A DNA stretch of 64,000 nucleotides. Source: Camelus dromedarius (taxonomy: Eukaryota). Both the position numbers and the translations under genes were made by a program. Location: positions 85,934,001 to 85,998,000 of the forward strand of contig NC_087436.1 in NCBI RefSeq assembly GCF_036321535.1, in the 5' to 3' direction. Of this stretch, positions 35,419-48,299 are shown one piece after another. The notes under the pieces are model-generated. The model ran no database searches, was not told the origin of the DNA, and saw only the letters and a program-made list of their open reading frames with translations. Numbering within the stretch: position 1 is the first letter of the stretch; every line of letters starts with the position of its first letter.

Positions 35419-37700
35419 CTAAGTCAATATTTGCAAGAATAAAATTGGCATGTTATCCCCTATGGAATTGTTCTTTATTCCCTTCTGGTCATCTTGTTCC
35501 CGATACTTTGGTTTCTGTTGTGAGCTCTCAGCATCATGTGTGTTATATGAGTGATGGAGAAGACACCATAGTTTCACATCAAACATACTACCCATCTGTA
35601 TCTCCTGTGGGCAGCCTGGTAGTTCACTCTTGTACTGCATTCTGGGAAGAGGACAGGTGGTTGGTAAAAGACTCACTGGGGATAAGTATGTATAAGTTAC
35701 CCCAACTGCCGTCTCGAGGTGCAACAATTCTGAAATTATCTTTGTATATAAGGTTAGAAGAGTGAACATATCACTTAAACTATAAGCCCAATCATTGCCT
35801 GTGTGAAATGAAGATTACACAGTTCTTTCCAGCTCTACAATACTATAATTATATTATTCTATATGATCACCCACCCCATTGGTCTCCCCAAGAGTAGAAA
35901 ACAGACTTAGAATGCATGATGAATTGTACCCATAATCAAGGAATATTGATACAGATTAATCTTAAAACCCTTTATGAGCTCTTTTAGACTGAACAGATTA
36001 GTCACTTAGAGTAAAAAGAATCTAACCCTAAACAAAAACATGAATAATGCATGTGCGTGTCAATCTGTGGTCACAAGTATTGGTGATAATGTAACAATGA
36101 GCTCTCATGTCATAAGTATTCTTTAAAAATAATAAATTCATAACACATGAAGACATGTGATAACTAACACATGAAAGAAAAAGAAGAAAATTTAAGTGCA
36201 CCAGTAAGGCAAAATTATTTTTTTAAACAATTTTATTTCTGTGTAATTTGAATGGTTTCAAGGTTAATGAAAAATACCCTTAATAAAACAAATCTTAGTT
36301 GAAATGCATTCAGAAATGTTTTGTTTTTCTAACTAGAATAGATTATCTTAAATTTACTTACTAACCATTTCTCAAGAAAGGGCTTATGTAAAACATTTAC
36401 TAAAATAGATTTGCAGCCCATTTTGTGAAGCAGGGGATTGGGGTAAGCATACTTAATCTACGATTTTGATGGAATCCAAAGGATTTTCGTTAAAAGCTGA
36501 AATACTTTGAACCCAAGTACTTAAGCTTCAAACCAAGCTTTAAGCACTGGAGGAAATGTAAGTCATATTTGATTCAAGTCAACCTAAGATCCTTAGCTGA
36601 AAAAGTACTTATGTTCTTAAAAATATATATTAGTTGAGATTCTTGTAAGTATTTCAGTGTGCACACAAACCAACACGTGTAATTTTCTCCTATGAATTCT
36701 ATCAAACCAATTGACCATCCATCATTTTGAAGCGTTTAAAACCTCTGATTGTTTCTACATTCATTTAATGAAGATTTTTATTGGATACCTACCTGTACCA
36801 AATGCAAACTCCAAAACAACTCAAAATAAAGCATCAGAAGACACAAATGACAGCAAGCTGTCAAAAAAAAAAAAAATCGAAGAAAATTTTGTAAGGAGTG
36901 GGTAAAATCCCAGTGTGCTACTTAAATTAAGTCATCAAAGAGCTGAAATATTGACGCCTTCCTTGGGGTCACAGAGACAAATACATCAAACAATTGCAGA
37001 ATAGCTCCTCTTTGATGGCAGGGATTGGGTCTTATTCCCAGCATACCCGCTACAGAGAAGGTGCCCAGATAAATTTGCCTTCTTTCAGAGTCATAAGCTA
37101 TGATAGGACACTTATATGAGATATGTGTGACATCACTGCTTACCATTGATTGCTGAAGTGAGCACTAATTTGGGGGGCATCTTTTGTTAAAGAACTGGTA
37201 GCCCCTGGAAACTGAATGTTCACTGAGCAAATGGCCCCAGGACCTTGCTGTGATAATCAACAGGACAGACTAGACTAGTCAAGGGAATCACAAGTCTCCT
37301 GTTACAAAGACAAACTCATCTTTAATGATCAAATGAAAATGCAAATTTAGGGAAAACAAATCGGGTTATTTGGAGGACAACATGTACTCGGAGGATATTT
37401 GTGTCATTGTGGTTTCCTGAGGAAAGGGCCTCTCTGTTTTGCTTGCAAGCAAAATGTCGATTCTAATTATTCAAACTGATATCCCACAGGAACTTTTATG
37501 AAAATTGAGGTAGATCCAGAAGAATGGGCAGGAACCGGAGCTTTCATTTTAGGAAATGGGGGAGGTCAGACATGTTCAGTAGAATTCTTGAGTGTTTGAA
37601 TCCAGCTCTCTTGGTAACAGAACCTGGTTGAGTGACCTTGGGCAGGAAGACTTCCTCCGCCATCTTGTCTTCTATTAAAGCAATTGAACAAGCCCTTTCT

Positions 37701-37836
37701 TTTTTTTTTTCTTTTTTCTTTAAGGGGGAGGTAATTAGGTTTTTATTTATTTATTTTGATGGAGGTGCAGGGGATCGAACCTAGGACTTTGGGCATGCTA
37801 GGCACACATTCTACCTCTGAGCTATACCCTGCCCCA
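37701..37836 (-). mobile_element. tRNA-derived SINE (Vic-1-like), long form, inserted in a MIR3-like remnant
   Basis: Poly(T), GGGGAGGTAATTAGG, (TTTA)n, GGGGATCGAACCTAGGAC...TGAGCTATACCCTGCCCC. TSD AACAAGCCCTTTCT (37687-37700) / AATAAGCCCTTTCT (37837-37850). Confidence 0.93.
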
Positions 37837-38009
37837 AATAAGCCCTTTCTCAAGTTAAAGCCGTTTTGTGGCTCCCAGTGCAACATGAAACATGAAGATG
37901 AGAAGTGTTGTTTGAAATTACCTAAGGAGATGGTCTTTGAAAATTTGGTGCATATTTTATTGTAATTATTATTATTATGAATATTATTATTGACTAAGGT
38001 CTCCCAATG

Positions 38010-38485
38010 GGGGATATCAAGTACCTATTGCCACAATAATGTTCCATGACAAACAATTCATTGTATACAAAAAAACACACTTATTTAAGTCATGAGTAGG
38101 CAATTTGGACTGTGCTTGGCTGGGCAGCTCTTCTGGTCTTCTCTGGGCTTCCTCCTAGGTGTAGTTGCTGGCTGGCTGTCACCAGGTCTAAGAGACCTTG
38201 GCTGGGAGACTAGGGCAATTCCACTCTTCTCCGTGTGGTTCTCATCCTCCAGTAGACTAGCCTGACTTGTTCTCTTGGTGATGGTGAAGGGCAAGAGCAA
38301 GCCTAGGTTCATGAGGTCTCTTCACACCTCTGCTTGCATCTCATTTGCTAATATGTTACTGGCTAAACCAAGTCACATGACTGAGTGCAGGGTCTGAATG
38401 GGAACGCACAGAAAATTTCTCAGGGAAGAATGTCGCCACAGAGGAGTGAAGAACTGGGGTGAATAAGGCAATCGGTCTACTACAT
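38010..38485 (-). mobile_element. MaLR solo LTR (MLT1H/J-like)
   Basis: GATATCAAGTACCTATTGCCACAATAATG...GGCAATTTGGACTGTGCTTGGCTGGGCAG...CTGGCTAAACCAAGTCACATG...AATCGGTCTACTACA. Confidence 0.75.
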
Positions 38486-38552
38486 GGGGCATGATATTAT
38501 TGTTTATTTGGAATATTCATCAATGTTACTTCATTTTTGCAGGATTTCAAAG

Positions 38553-38768
38553 CAGTGTTTCTCAAATTTTTCTGATGTAACCTACTGTAAGGTATAGATT
38601 GTACACAAAATGTGACTCATTTTGTACAAAAGCTTCACTAAATATTACTTCCTCTCACTATGAACATTTCTTTCTATTTTACTATTTAATTTTTTAAACT
38701 GCTAGTTGTCCACTAAATTAATTTCTGGATTCTCTAATGAGTTAAAACCAACAGTTTGAAAAATACTG
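38553..38768. mobile_element. hAT-Charlie MITE (MER119/Charlie-like)
   Basis: Terminal inverted repeats CAGTGTTTCTCAAA and TTTGAAAAATACTG. Confidence 0.75.
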
Positions 38769-39014
38769 ATTTATAGGGCTCTGGCCTTCCCTGATCCTTT
38801 TCTTATTTCTCAGAGCAGCCCACACATGTCTAGAAGGGCCACCAAGAAGAATGTCTGAATTGGGAATGTTACAATACAATGACAAACCATCCATAGAACT
38901 CAGAAGTGTGGGCATGACTGGTCTGGGACCTGCCTTCACCTGGCCATCCCCAGAGCCAAATGGCCTCTAGCATTTTGATGCTGAGAGATGGCAGAGGGAC
39001 AGAGAGGAGAGTGT

Positions 39015-39140
39015 TAATATTTATTTAACCATTTGGCTAAGTTCTTTCATATAGCAACACTTTCACAAGGAAACTGAAGCTTAGAGAAAATAAGTTAGCC
39101 AAGGTCACACAATATTTGGCAAAGCAGGGATTTAAAGGTC
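39015..39140 (-). mobile_element. MIR fragment
   Basis: CACAAGGAAACTGAAGCTTAGAGAAAATAAGTTAGCCAAGGTCACACAA...GGCAAAGCAGGGATTTAAA. Confidence 0.75.
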
Positions 39141-40699
39141 TCAAGTGCCCCATATCCCATCAAAGCCCCCCCGTCCTTGGAAGGGTAGGAAGAAAGACGC
39201 TATGAGTCAAATTATTCACATTAACAACAATCCACACTCATGTGTGGCATGAACATACATTTAATAAGGGTCCACTAAGAGTACGATATTGTTTTGTGGT
39301 ATATTAAGAAAGATACGTAAAGGGGTGTCTCAGATGAAACGAAGATTTTTATTGGAAAATGTATGAACACAGTGGTTGGAAAACTGCAATTTAGAAGGTT
39401 GCAGCTTTTACTTTGTAAGTGTGTTTATAGGAGAAGGAGGCCCCAGGTGAAGATTTGCATTTACTTTTGAGACAGGTTATTGTCTTTGTTCGTTTATTTG
39501 TTTGTTTTTTCTGGAACAGCCATTACTTTGGGAACTATTAGTTATGCAAATATAAGACATATTCCACTTACTGTTCATGAGAAAAGCCTCAGTGCAGGGA
39601 AATAACCTGAATTTTAAAATGTAGTGTTCTGTTTAGTCAGGTCAATTTGGAAGACGTTTGAAAGAAAGCTGCATCTCTGCAGACAATTCGTCCCTTAGAG
39701 AGCAGTTATTCTAAATACGACTTAGACTGCTCGGTACCTCTTTAGTATTATGTGTCTTTGGAGAAATTTGTATATGTTTCTTTTCTAAGTCATCGTCCAT
39801 AAGGCATCAGAAAAAGGAATGAACTAGAATCAGTGCAATCTCAACTAAACACGACTGGTAAAATCCTACACATGGTGTTGCATGAGAGTAAAAGATCCAA
39901 ATGTTGGACAATGCGCTAATGTCAGGCTAGTACTGGGGTGTCTTGAAAGTGGAGGGGGCTCATAAGGTAAGGTCCCTATTTCCTTGGACTTTTCTGAAGG
40001 AACAAAAAATTCCTCTTTCCCAGGACCACGGAAGGCACTCCTTCCTGGAAAGGAAAATAGAGACTGGGAAGATGGGACTTGGCTTGGGAAGAAGAGAGTG
40101 AAAATCCCTCTCTCCTGTACGCTGAATATTAGCCTGGACTCCAAATCCCAGCCATGAGTACGAGGCTCTGGATATTAGAAAGTAAGCTAGCCATTGTCAC
40201 ATGGCGACCGGCTGGGGAGATGCAGGGAGGCAGGTGACCCAGAAGACCTCAGGATGGGGCTGGCACCTGGCGGTAGTTGTCAGCAGATCTGTGTGTTATA
40301 ATTCTCTCTCACACCCTCTGTGCTTTAGAGAACTGGGGACAAGGGTCAATTTAATGTCCAGGATAAAATAAGAAAAGGAGGAACAGTGTCTCAGCCCAAG
40401 ACCAATAATGGTAGTGACAGTGGTGGTCCAGTGAAGGACAGCTTCCGGAAGCAGAATGAGGAACTCATGAGGGTCAGCAGCAGGAGTGGTGTGATGGTCT
40501 GATGAAGAAGGCAGAACAGAAAAGTGCAGGCTGGAAAGGATCTGAACCTAGGAGCCCATCAGGCAACCCCTGAATGGGAAAGTTTTTGGGAACAGCTGGG
40601 AGACTCTTTGAAGGAGGCTAATTTCAGGCAGTCAGCGTGGTGGGGCATAAGACATAATTTGGAGTCCTCTTTCTGGGAATGTGATGGTACAGTGGTTGT

Positions 40700-43260
40700 C
40701 CTGAGGAATCCTGGTACAGAACACCTTAAAATGCTGGATGAAATATTCATAATACAATTTTAAATGCTTAGCTGAGTTAAAGAAAATGAAAGAAATACTC
40801 ATTGGATAAAAATAGTAAAAAGGCATGAATCCAAAGCAGTAACTGGGCATGAAAGTTAAATCTTGTCTTCAGGAAATCTGCCAATACATGGTTGTGAAGA
40901 ATTTTTTATTTTAACAGGATATAAATATGTGCTGGGGACAGGAGACAATGCCTGGGGTTCAGGCAATCAAGGAAGGCAAATTGAGACCCTTGCATAGAAA
41001 AAGTCCTACAAAAGGCAACAGCCTCAGTGAAGGCAAACTGGAAAAATAAGTTTAACATCATGGCAAGGACCCAGTAAGAACTCTTGCCTCTCTCAGCTTT
41101 GACTCTGGGTAAAAAAGGAAAGTGAAATCTCCTCTGAGAGTTACTAACCACAAGGCGACCATCACATAGGTTTAGTGTCAGAATTCATCCTACTTAGGTG
41201 GCCTGAAAAACCTAACCTGAGAACTGAATTTAAATGATTACAGGTTAGTAATGAAGCAAGGTGACTGGAAGACGCAATCACAAATCTCTGGGGGAATGAT
41301 TAATTCCAGTGGGAACTAATCCAAGCCTCAAAAATTTCCTACAGAAAAATTTCATTAACCATAAGCTCACAGTAAGAAAACAACAAACAACAAGAAACAA
41401 AAACCCCCAGACACATGAGGAAACAAACCCACTATGAGCAAAAAGCAGCAGAAATAACAAATATAACAATACCAAACCCACAGCAATAATAGGTTTGGAA
41501 AATTAAATATAAAATTTTAATTAAATGTATTTAATTATATTCAAAGAAATTAAAGGAGAGATTAAAAAGTATGATCAAGGAACCAGAAAGTATTTTTTTA
41601 AAGACTGGGAATATATGATAGTAAAGAATTGCAATGGGTTTTCAAGAGGTTAAGAAAGTGGTATTGTTTGTTTTAAAAGGAAAATATTTGTCTGTTATTT
41701 AACTATTACAAATAAAAGGATCTGATGTCTGGGATTTGCTTCAGAATTATGTGGAGTGGGAGGGAAGGTAGGCAGAGATATAGAGGACACAGGATTAGCT
41801 GTGAATTGTTCATTGTTGAAGCTGGATAATGGATACACTGGGGTTTACTATACTATTCTCTTTACTTTGAAGTGTGTTTGAAGGTTTTCACATTAAAAAG
41901 CTTTTTTAATGAGTAGGCAAGTATGAAGAAAAGTCAAATAGAACTTTTAAAATAAAAAAGTACATAAATAAAATCAGACTCAGCAGATGTAGTATGTATC
42001 ATATTAGAAACAGCTGACAAGAGAATTAGTGAACCAGAAGATAGATCTGAGGAAACTGACAAAAATGCAGTAAAGAGACTGTATCATGGACTATGTGACA
42101 GTTTGAGATACCCAGGAGGTAGAGTCAGGAGGCTAAAAATACGTTGAGTAGGATATCACAGGGAAATAATATAGAAAGTGGGGAAGATGTAACATTAAAG
42201 AGATATTAGCCAAGAATTCTCCACAAATGCAGATTCAGGAAGTCCCAGTCACAAGCAAAGAAACCCAAACTTGGGTCCATAATGATTAAACTACAGATCA
42301 CAATAACAAAGAAAAGATCCTTTAAAGGAGAAAAGATGTATCATATGGAAAAGAATAGTTAGACTGAAAACTCAACAGCAGCTTTGAAAATCAAGAGACA
42401 GAGTGAGAGGAATAGCTCAGTGGTAGAGTGTGTACCTGATGTGCACAAGGTCCTGAGTTCAATCCCCAGTGCCTCCCTTAAGGAAAAAAAAAAATTGAAA
42501 ATCAGAAGACAACAAAGAAATATCTTCCAAAAAAAAAATGGGGCTAATTCTCTCATCTTACACAAATGTGAATTGTAGCTGAATCAAGCACATAAATGTG
42601 AATCTAAAAAATATTAAGCTTTTAGAAGAAAATAAGAGAGACTATCTCAAGAGACTTGAAGTAGGGAAGACTTTCTTAAACAAGACACAAAAGCACAAGC
42701 TATAAAGAAAAATTTTGATTCAATGAAAGTTAAGAGCTCTATTCAGAAGGCCATAAAGAAAGCCATAAGCTAAAACTAGAAAAAAAAAAGCTTGCCATAC
42801 AAATAACCAACAAATGATTAGTATCCAAAATGTAAATATTTTAAAACTCCTATAATTTCATAAGAAAATGATAAGCAACTCAATAGAGAAGTTGATATAA
42901 ATTATAAAAATATATTTAAAAGAAAACATAAGCAGCAAATAAACACATACTAAAAACATCCAACCTGTTGAGTGAAAAAACAAAGCACAGAGGTATTCAT
43001 TCAATCTCACTTCATTTATATAAATCCAAAAATACACAAAACTCAAAAGATGTTGTTTAGAGATAGATTTTGGTCTGGTAATAACTATAAAGAACACAAG
43101 AGAATAATAAATATAAAATTCAGGACAGTGGTTATCTCCTGGGAAAGGATGAGAGATGGGAGAAGTACAATGGAGGATTCAAAGATGCTGAAATTCTCTC
43201 TGTCTTGAACTGCGTGATGAGTACAGGGGTGTTTGCCTTATGGGTATTTGTATTATGCTT
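40700..43260 (+). mobile_element. Fragmented old L1 (L1ME/MC): 5' region, ORF1, ORF2 end and 3' UTR pieces, with an L1MC5-like 3' end at ~41640-41910
   Basis: AAAATGCTGGATGAAATA; AGAATTAGTGAACCAGAAGATAGATCTGAGGAA; GACTTTCTTAAACAAGACACAAAAGCACAAGCTATAAAGAAAA; GATGTCTGGGATTTGCTTCAGAATTA...TTGTTGAAGCTGGATAATGGATACA. Confidence 0.8.
42401..42496 (+). mobile_element. tRNA-derived SINE (Vic-1-like), short form
   Basis: ATAGCTCAGTGGTAGAGTGTG...AGGTCCTGAGTTCAATCCCCAGTGCCTCC plus poly(A). TSD GAAAATCAAGAGACA (42386-42400) / GAAAATCAGAAGACA (42497-42511). Confidence 0.92.
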
Positions 43261-43974
43261 GAGAGAGAGAAAGAGCTCTGACACATAATATGATCTAGCG
43301 TATACTGTGTATATAGAGAAATTAGATCATGTGTATTATAGCTCCCTCTATACAGAGATAGATGTCTATATCTGTCTATCTATCATATTTCCATACAGAA
43401 TAAATACACATGTATTATTTATCATATCTTAGGGTGGGAAATGATTGCAAAATAGATCCAACTTTTCACCCTTTTCAGAGGAGGAAATCAGAGGGAAACG
43501 AACCTTCTTTTCATGGACTATGTAAAAAGCTTTTCTTCAAACAAGGAAATTCCACGCCAACAGAGCAGGACGGTTGACTTCCAAGTGTTGTCTGATCGCT
43601 CACTTCCATGTAAATCATTTTTGTTAGACATGTAGTTTAAGAAAAATTGATGTGTTTTCCATGCTTCCCTTTTCCTGTAAAGGCCAACGATCTTAAAATA
43701 ACACGACTGAGCTCTAAGCTGAAACGTAAACATGGCAAAACATGTAAATCCTGAGGCTATATCTGACAGAGCGCTAATTACACAACTCAGGGTTTTCCTT
43801 CCCCAGAAACAAGCTCTTTCTACCTGCTTCACTCAACAGTGATTGGGAAGGGAAGGTATATTCTGAATTGCGATGAAAAATTCTCCTAACCATGAGGCAT
43901 TTCCAGAGCCATCTTTATTTTTCCTTTATTCAGGGCACTGATATATTTCAGGTGTAGTATGCCAAGTGTCAATT

Positions 43975-44430
43975 TAAAAATAAACTTTCTAGATCTACAG
44001 AAAAATTATGAGGCTGGTACAGGGTTTTCATACACTCCATCCCCCCAACACACACACACTCACACCATTTCCTCTATTATTTACCTCTTCTGCTTCTGTG
44101 GTACCTTTTTCACAATTAATGAACTAGTATTTATATTTTGTTATTACCTAACTCATGTTTTAGTCTGATTTCCTCAGTTTCCTCTTAATGTTCTTGCTCT
44201 GTTCAAGGATCGCATCCAGGATCCCGTGTAACATTGCATGTCTCCTCTTGGTTGTGATAGTTTCTCAAACTTTCTTTTCATTGATCTTGAAAGTTTTGAG
44301 GATTCAGAGTCAGATGTTTTGTAGAATGTCCCTCAACTGGGATTTGCTTGATGGTTTTCTCATAATTAGGCGAAGGTTCTGTTTTCTTGGAAGGAAAATC
44401 ACAAAAGTGAAATACCTTTCTCACAACATT
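43975..44430 (-). mobile_element. L1MD-like 3' UTR
   Basis: TTCACAATTAATGAACTAGTATT...TCTGTTCAAGGATCGCATCCAGGATC...TTTTGTAGAATGTCCCTCAACTGGGATTTG. Confidence 0.8.
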
Positions 44431-44984
44431 TCATTTTTTTTAAATTCCATTTTTCTTCTTTTTTTTTTAAGGTGGGTGTGAACATGGAGAAGTGAATATC
44501 TACAGAAAAATAAATTGCAAAGGAATAAATCAGAATATTATCAGATATCATTTCAGGATATGAAGTTCCTGGATATTTGTATTTTCTACTTTTTGCTTAC
44601 CTGCAGTTTCTAAATGTTCTGCAATGGACATGTGGTTTTAAAATAGGAAGAAAAAATTAATGTCTATTTTTGGAGCTGTCAACACCTGTTTGAAAAAGTA
44701 CTTCGCTTCCTCAAATGTGCAGTTTCTTCCCAGGGTTGGTAGAAATAAGAAAGTACTTGTAGGTGCCACTTCCTAAGCAGAGTCAGGATAAGCCTCCACT
44801 CTGTTTTGCTTCTCGATCAATATCCACACTTGAAAGAAAGCCAGGGAGGAAGTCTGGAAGGGGGAAGGACAAGGAGAAGGATTAGTCCAAAAGAATCATT
44901 CTTACTTCAAGCATGGTGGCTCCAACAGAGAGCAGGATTTCTCTGCCTTTGTCTGCCTGTCTCTGTCTCTTTCTCCTTGTTCAC

Positions 44985-45670
44985 TTCATTCATTCATTCA
45001 TTCATTGGTTTATTCACACAACAAGAATTTATTGAGTGCACTGAAAATTGAGTAGGAAATCCAAAGATGTCCCTATCCTCAAGGCACTTGCTTTCTAGTG
45101 GGTAAAGGCATCTGGCAACAAATATTCTGTTGGGTGGTGACAAACACCATGGAGAAAATAAAACAGGTAAAGAGGGATAGAAAGGAAGGAGAAAAGGCTT
45201 TGCTATTTTAGAGAGGACGATCAGTGAAGATGTCTCTGACGAGGTGATCTTGAGCAGGAATTCGGTTTCTGGGCTGAGAAAGTGGCAAGGACAAAGGCCC
45301 TGAGATAGGATCTGAGTTCGCAGAGGTGTGCTAGTGGGTGGGGGCAGTGCCAGGTCACGGCGAGCCTTGTAGACCTCTGTATACAAAAGGTTATTCTGTT
45401 AGATGGGAAACCATTGGTGGGTTCTTAGTTAAACAGTAATAAGACCTGAATGAGGCATTGACAAGATCACTTTGGCTCCTATTTGGAGATTTGATTGGAG
45501 GTGGGAGATTTGGGGGTGGGGCCTGGCGAGACAAGGAAACTTGTTTGGAGACAACTGCGTTAGTTTGGCATGAGAAGACAATGGATTAGACCAAGGTTGT
45601 AGCAGCAGAACTGGAAAGAAATAGGCAGATTCCGTATATAACTTGAAGGAAGAGACAAAGGGATATACTA
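44985..45670 (-). mobile_element. L2 3' portion
   Basis: (TTCA)n L2 tail, ATTTATTGAGTGC, TCAGTGAAGATGTCTCTGACGAGGTGATCTTGAGCAG, AGATGGGAAACCATTGGTGGGTT, AAGATCACTTTGGCT. Confidence 0.85.
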
Positions 45671-45829
45671 ATTAATTGCATATCCGATGTGTAATCCAAT
45701 TAATTGCATATCCAGGTTTCACACATGTGAAACTATTTTGTATGCCCCCAAAATATTACTTCCTCCAACTTTTCAGCCTTTGAATTGGTTGAGATTTGAG
45801 AAATTCTCATACATACACTCTCTCTTTCA

Positions 45830-46440
45830 GAAGATAATGGAAAGAAAGGAAGACATTTTTCCATTTATTTTTCAATTCTCTTCTCCCTCCCATTCCCTTT
45901 TCCCAAAACCAGGCACTCTAATATATTTGTGTTTTTAAACATTCTTATATCCTTACTAAATTCATAGTGTTATTTTATATATATTTGCATTTATAATTTA
46001 CCAAGAGATGTTGACTTAAAGATCTCTTTTTTTCCCTTAATTTTTTGCTCAATATTGTTTTTAGGACCTATTCATGTTGCTGTTTGTACATCAAGTTCAG
46101 AGCTTTTGTTTCCTGTGTAGTAGTCTACTGTATCAAAACCCTACTGATTAATATCTCAGTTGGTTGCAAATTCCAAAAATTAAAATACCACTTCTAGGAA
46201 TATTCTTTGGCAGATTACATAATGGACCCGTTCGTGGGTATCTCTGGGGTAAATAACTCTCACTTTCTACTCACATCTTTTACTGGTTTTGATTTAGGAG
46301 TTCTTCATATTCTGGATACAAATCCCTGTCAATTTCAGACATTGCATTTAGTTCCAGTCTGTCACCCATATGTTAACTTTTTCTGTAGTTTCCTTATGTG
46401 CACTAAAATCTTTCATTTAAATGTGGTCAAATGATCTGTT
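45830..46440 (-). mobile_element. Old L1 (L1ME-like) fragments
   Basis: TTTTTTGCTCAATATTGTTTTTAGGACCTATTCATGTTG...GGAGTTCTTCATATTCTGGATACAAATCC...TTTAAATGTGGTCAAAT. Confidence 0.7.
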
Positions 46441-46849
46441 ATCTTTTAAAAATCCCTGATGTGTATAGAGTTCAGAAGACTCTGAAAAAGACTTAGACAC
46501 AAGGTAGGAATATATCACACAAAAAAAGAGCATTTTTTAACACTGGCAAGTTGCATTTCTGAGGAATGGGGCATCATATGAAAAATAATGGGGTTGTAAG
46601 TTTCATCCACTTGTAAAGCTATGTTCTGTCCCTCCTCATCTCCCTGCTCCTCCATACTTTCTCCCTCAAGAAGTCAGAAGCTCTCCTGTCTTCCTGGAGC
46701 ACTGTAATTGAGAGAACTCTTGCATTCAGCAGACTGACCAAGACCTCTTTTCAAATTCCAGACTCACATTTTCAGCTGCCTGATCCAGGTTGTGGTTGAA
46801 ATGTGGAGGTTTCACCTCCCTGTTATTTCTTCCCCTTCTTCTAACAGAA

Positions 46850-47065
46850 TAGAATTGTAATAGCAAAAACTTACGTGACTACTAATTACATGCCCAACAT
46901 TTTTCCTGTGCTTTACAGATAAGAATTCTTTTAAACTTTATAACAACCTTATGAAGTGGACACTCTTATTATTCCCATTTTGCAGATAAGAAAACTGAAG
47001 CTCAGAGAAATTAAGTGACTTTCCCAAGATGATAGAGCTAGTAAGTGGTGGAGCCAGGATATAAC
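46850..47065 (-). mobile_element. MIR SINE
   Basis: TAACAACCTTATGAAGTGG...CCCATTTTGCAGATAAGAAAACTGAAGCTCAGAGAAATTAAGTGACTTTCCCAAG...GTAAGTGGTGGAGCCAGGAT. Confidence 0.92.
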
Positions 47066-47069
47066 TTTT

Positions 47070-47535
47070 ATCTGAGGGGAACCTAACCTATATTTGGAGA
47101 GGAGTTGACACCATCACACCCCCAGCCATAAAGTGGGCATATGACCCAGGTCCCTGACATATGACTGGATCAAGATGTGTGTGTGACCTAGAACCCTTGT
47201 CACATGATTGTTGGAGGATGGGCATATGATCTGAACTGGATCGACCAAAGTCCTTCATGCCTGAAGAAATGTTCTATTTCTGCTGATAATTCTCAGGTGT
47301 TGTTGTGTGAGTCCTAGGGGCCATTGTGCTCTCCAAGTCAATCTGACATGAAAGAGAGAGACTGCTAACTGATGACATCATTTGAGGCCCTTCATCCAAG
47401 CACAACAGAAACCAGTATGAATCTGGACTTTTTCAGTTTTGTGAGTAAATTAATTTCCTCTTTTTCTTAACCTTGTTTGTAATGAAACCTGGGTTTTCAT
47501 CACATGTAACTTCAAAAGTTCCAACTGCTATAAAT
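47070..47535 (+). mobile_element. MaLR LTR (MLT1J/K-like)
   Basis: Repeated GGGCATATGACC units, TGATGACATCATTTGAG, TGGACTTTTTCAGTTTTGTGAGTAAATTAATTTCC, GGGTTTTCATCACATGTAAC. Confidence 0.7.
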
Positions 47536-47554
47536 GGCCTAGGAGCACCTTTGT

Positions 47555-48152
47555 CAGATACCCGACTGTTGGTCATCATCCAAAGAGCCTTTCTCTGATG
47601 GGGGAGATTCCCACATTATGAATTCATTCTTGTCAATGTGTACCTTTTCCCCATTGTCATTCCTGTTGAATTCAGAACCCAAAAATTAGAACCCAAATTC
47701 CCAGCCTCCTCGTCAGCTAGGATGCAAACATGTGACCTAGGCTCTGGCAATCATCTGATTATCTATACATAGGACTTCACATATCATGGAACTTCCATCT
47801 TTGCTGGTGCAGGTAGCGGCCTATGTGTTCAGCTTTCAGGAGTAGCAGGAGTTATAAAGACAAGTTCTCGATGCAAAAGTAGCAGTGAGGCTGGAGCCGT
47901 AGGAGCTGCAGTAAAGTCAAGTTCCTTCCATTTCCTGTTTGGTAAAGGCAACAACAGCAAAGGTAGCTACCTTAGCAGGTCAAGTCTGTGATACGGTTTG
48001 GAGTATTGTTTGTAAAAACTCAGCCTTGAATCTGGTTCTACAGGTCTCCCAGCAATTCTGGGCAGGGACTGATCTCCTTTGATAAATCAGATTTCTGCTT
48101 AAACCAGGCAGAGGGGCTTCTGTTGTTTGCAACTAAGAACTCTGACTGATAT
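47555..48152 (+). mobile_element. ERVL LTR (LTR16-like)
   Basis: TTCCCAGCCTCCTCGTCAGCTAGG...CATGTGACCTAGGCTCTGGCAATCA...TTTCTGCTTAAACCAGGCAGAGGGGCTTCTGTTGTTTGCAACTAAGAACTCTGACTGATATA. Confidence 0.75.
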
Positions 48153-48299
48153 ACCTGGCCGTAAGACGTAAGTTGTATGAGAACAGGGGCCAAGTCTCTC
48201 ATTTACCATTATATCCCCAGCACATAATATAATGTCTGACACATAACAGGTAATTAATAAATCACAGGATACAATCCTATCATGATTCTGCTCACAATC

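Noticed and set aside
47130..47240. Repeated GGGCATATGAC/CATGTGAC-like units resembling a spacer array
   Set aside because: These look like the internal repeats typical of MLT1J/K LTRs. Spacing is irregular and the DNA is eukaryotic, so it is not CRISPR.
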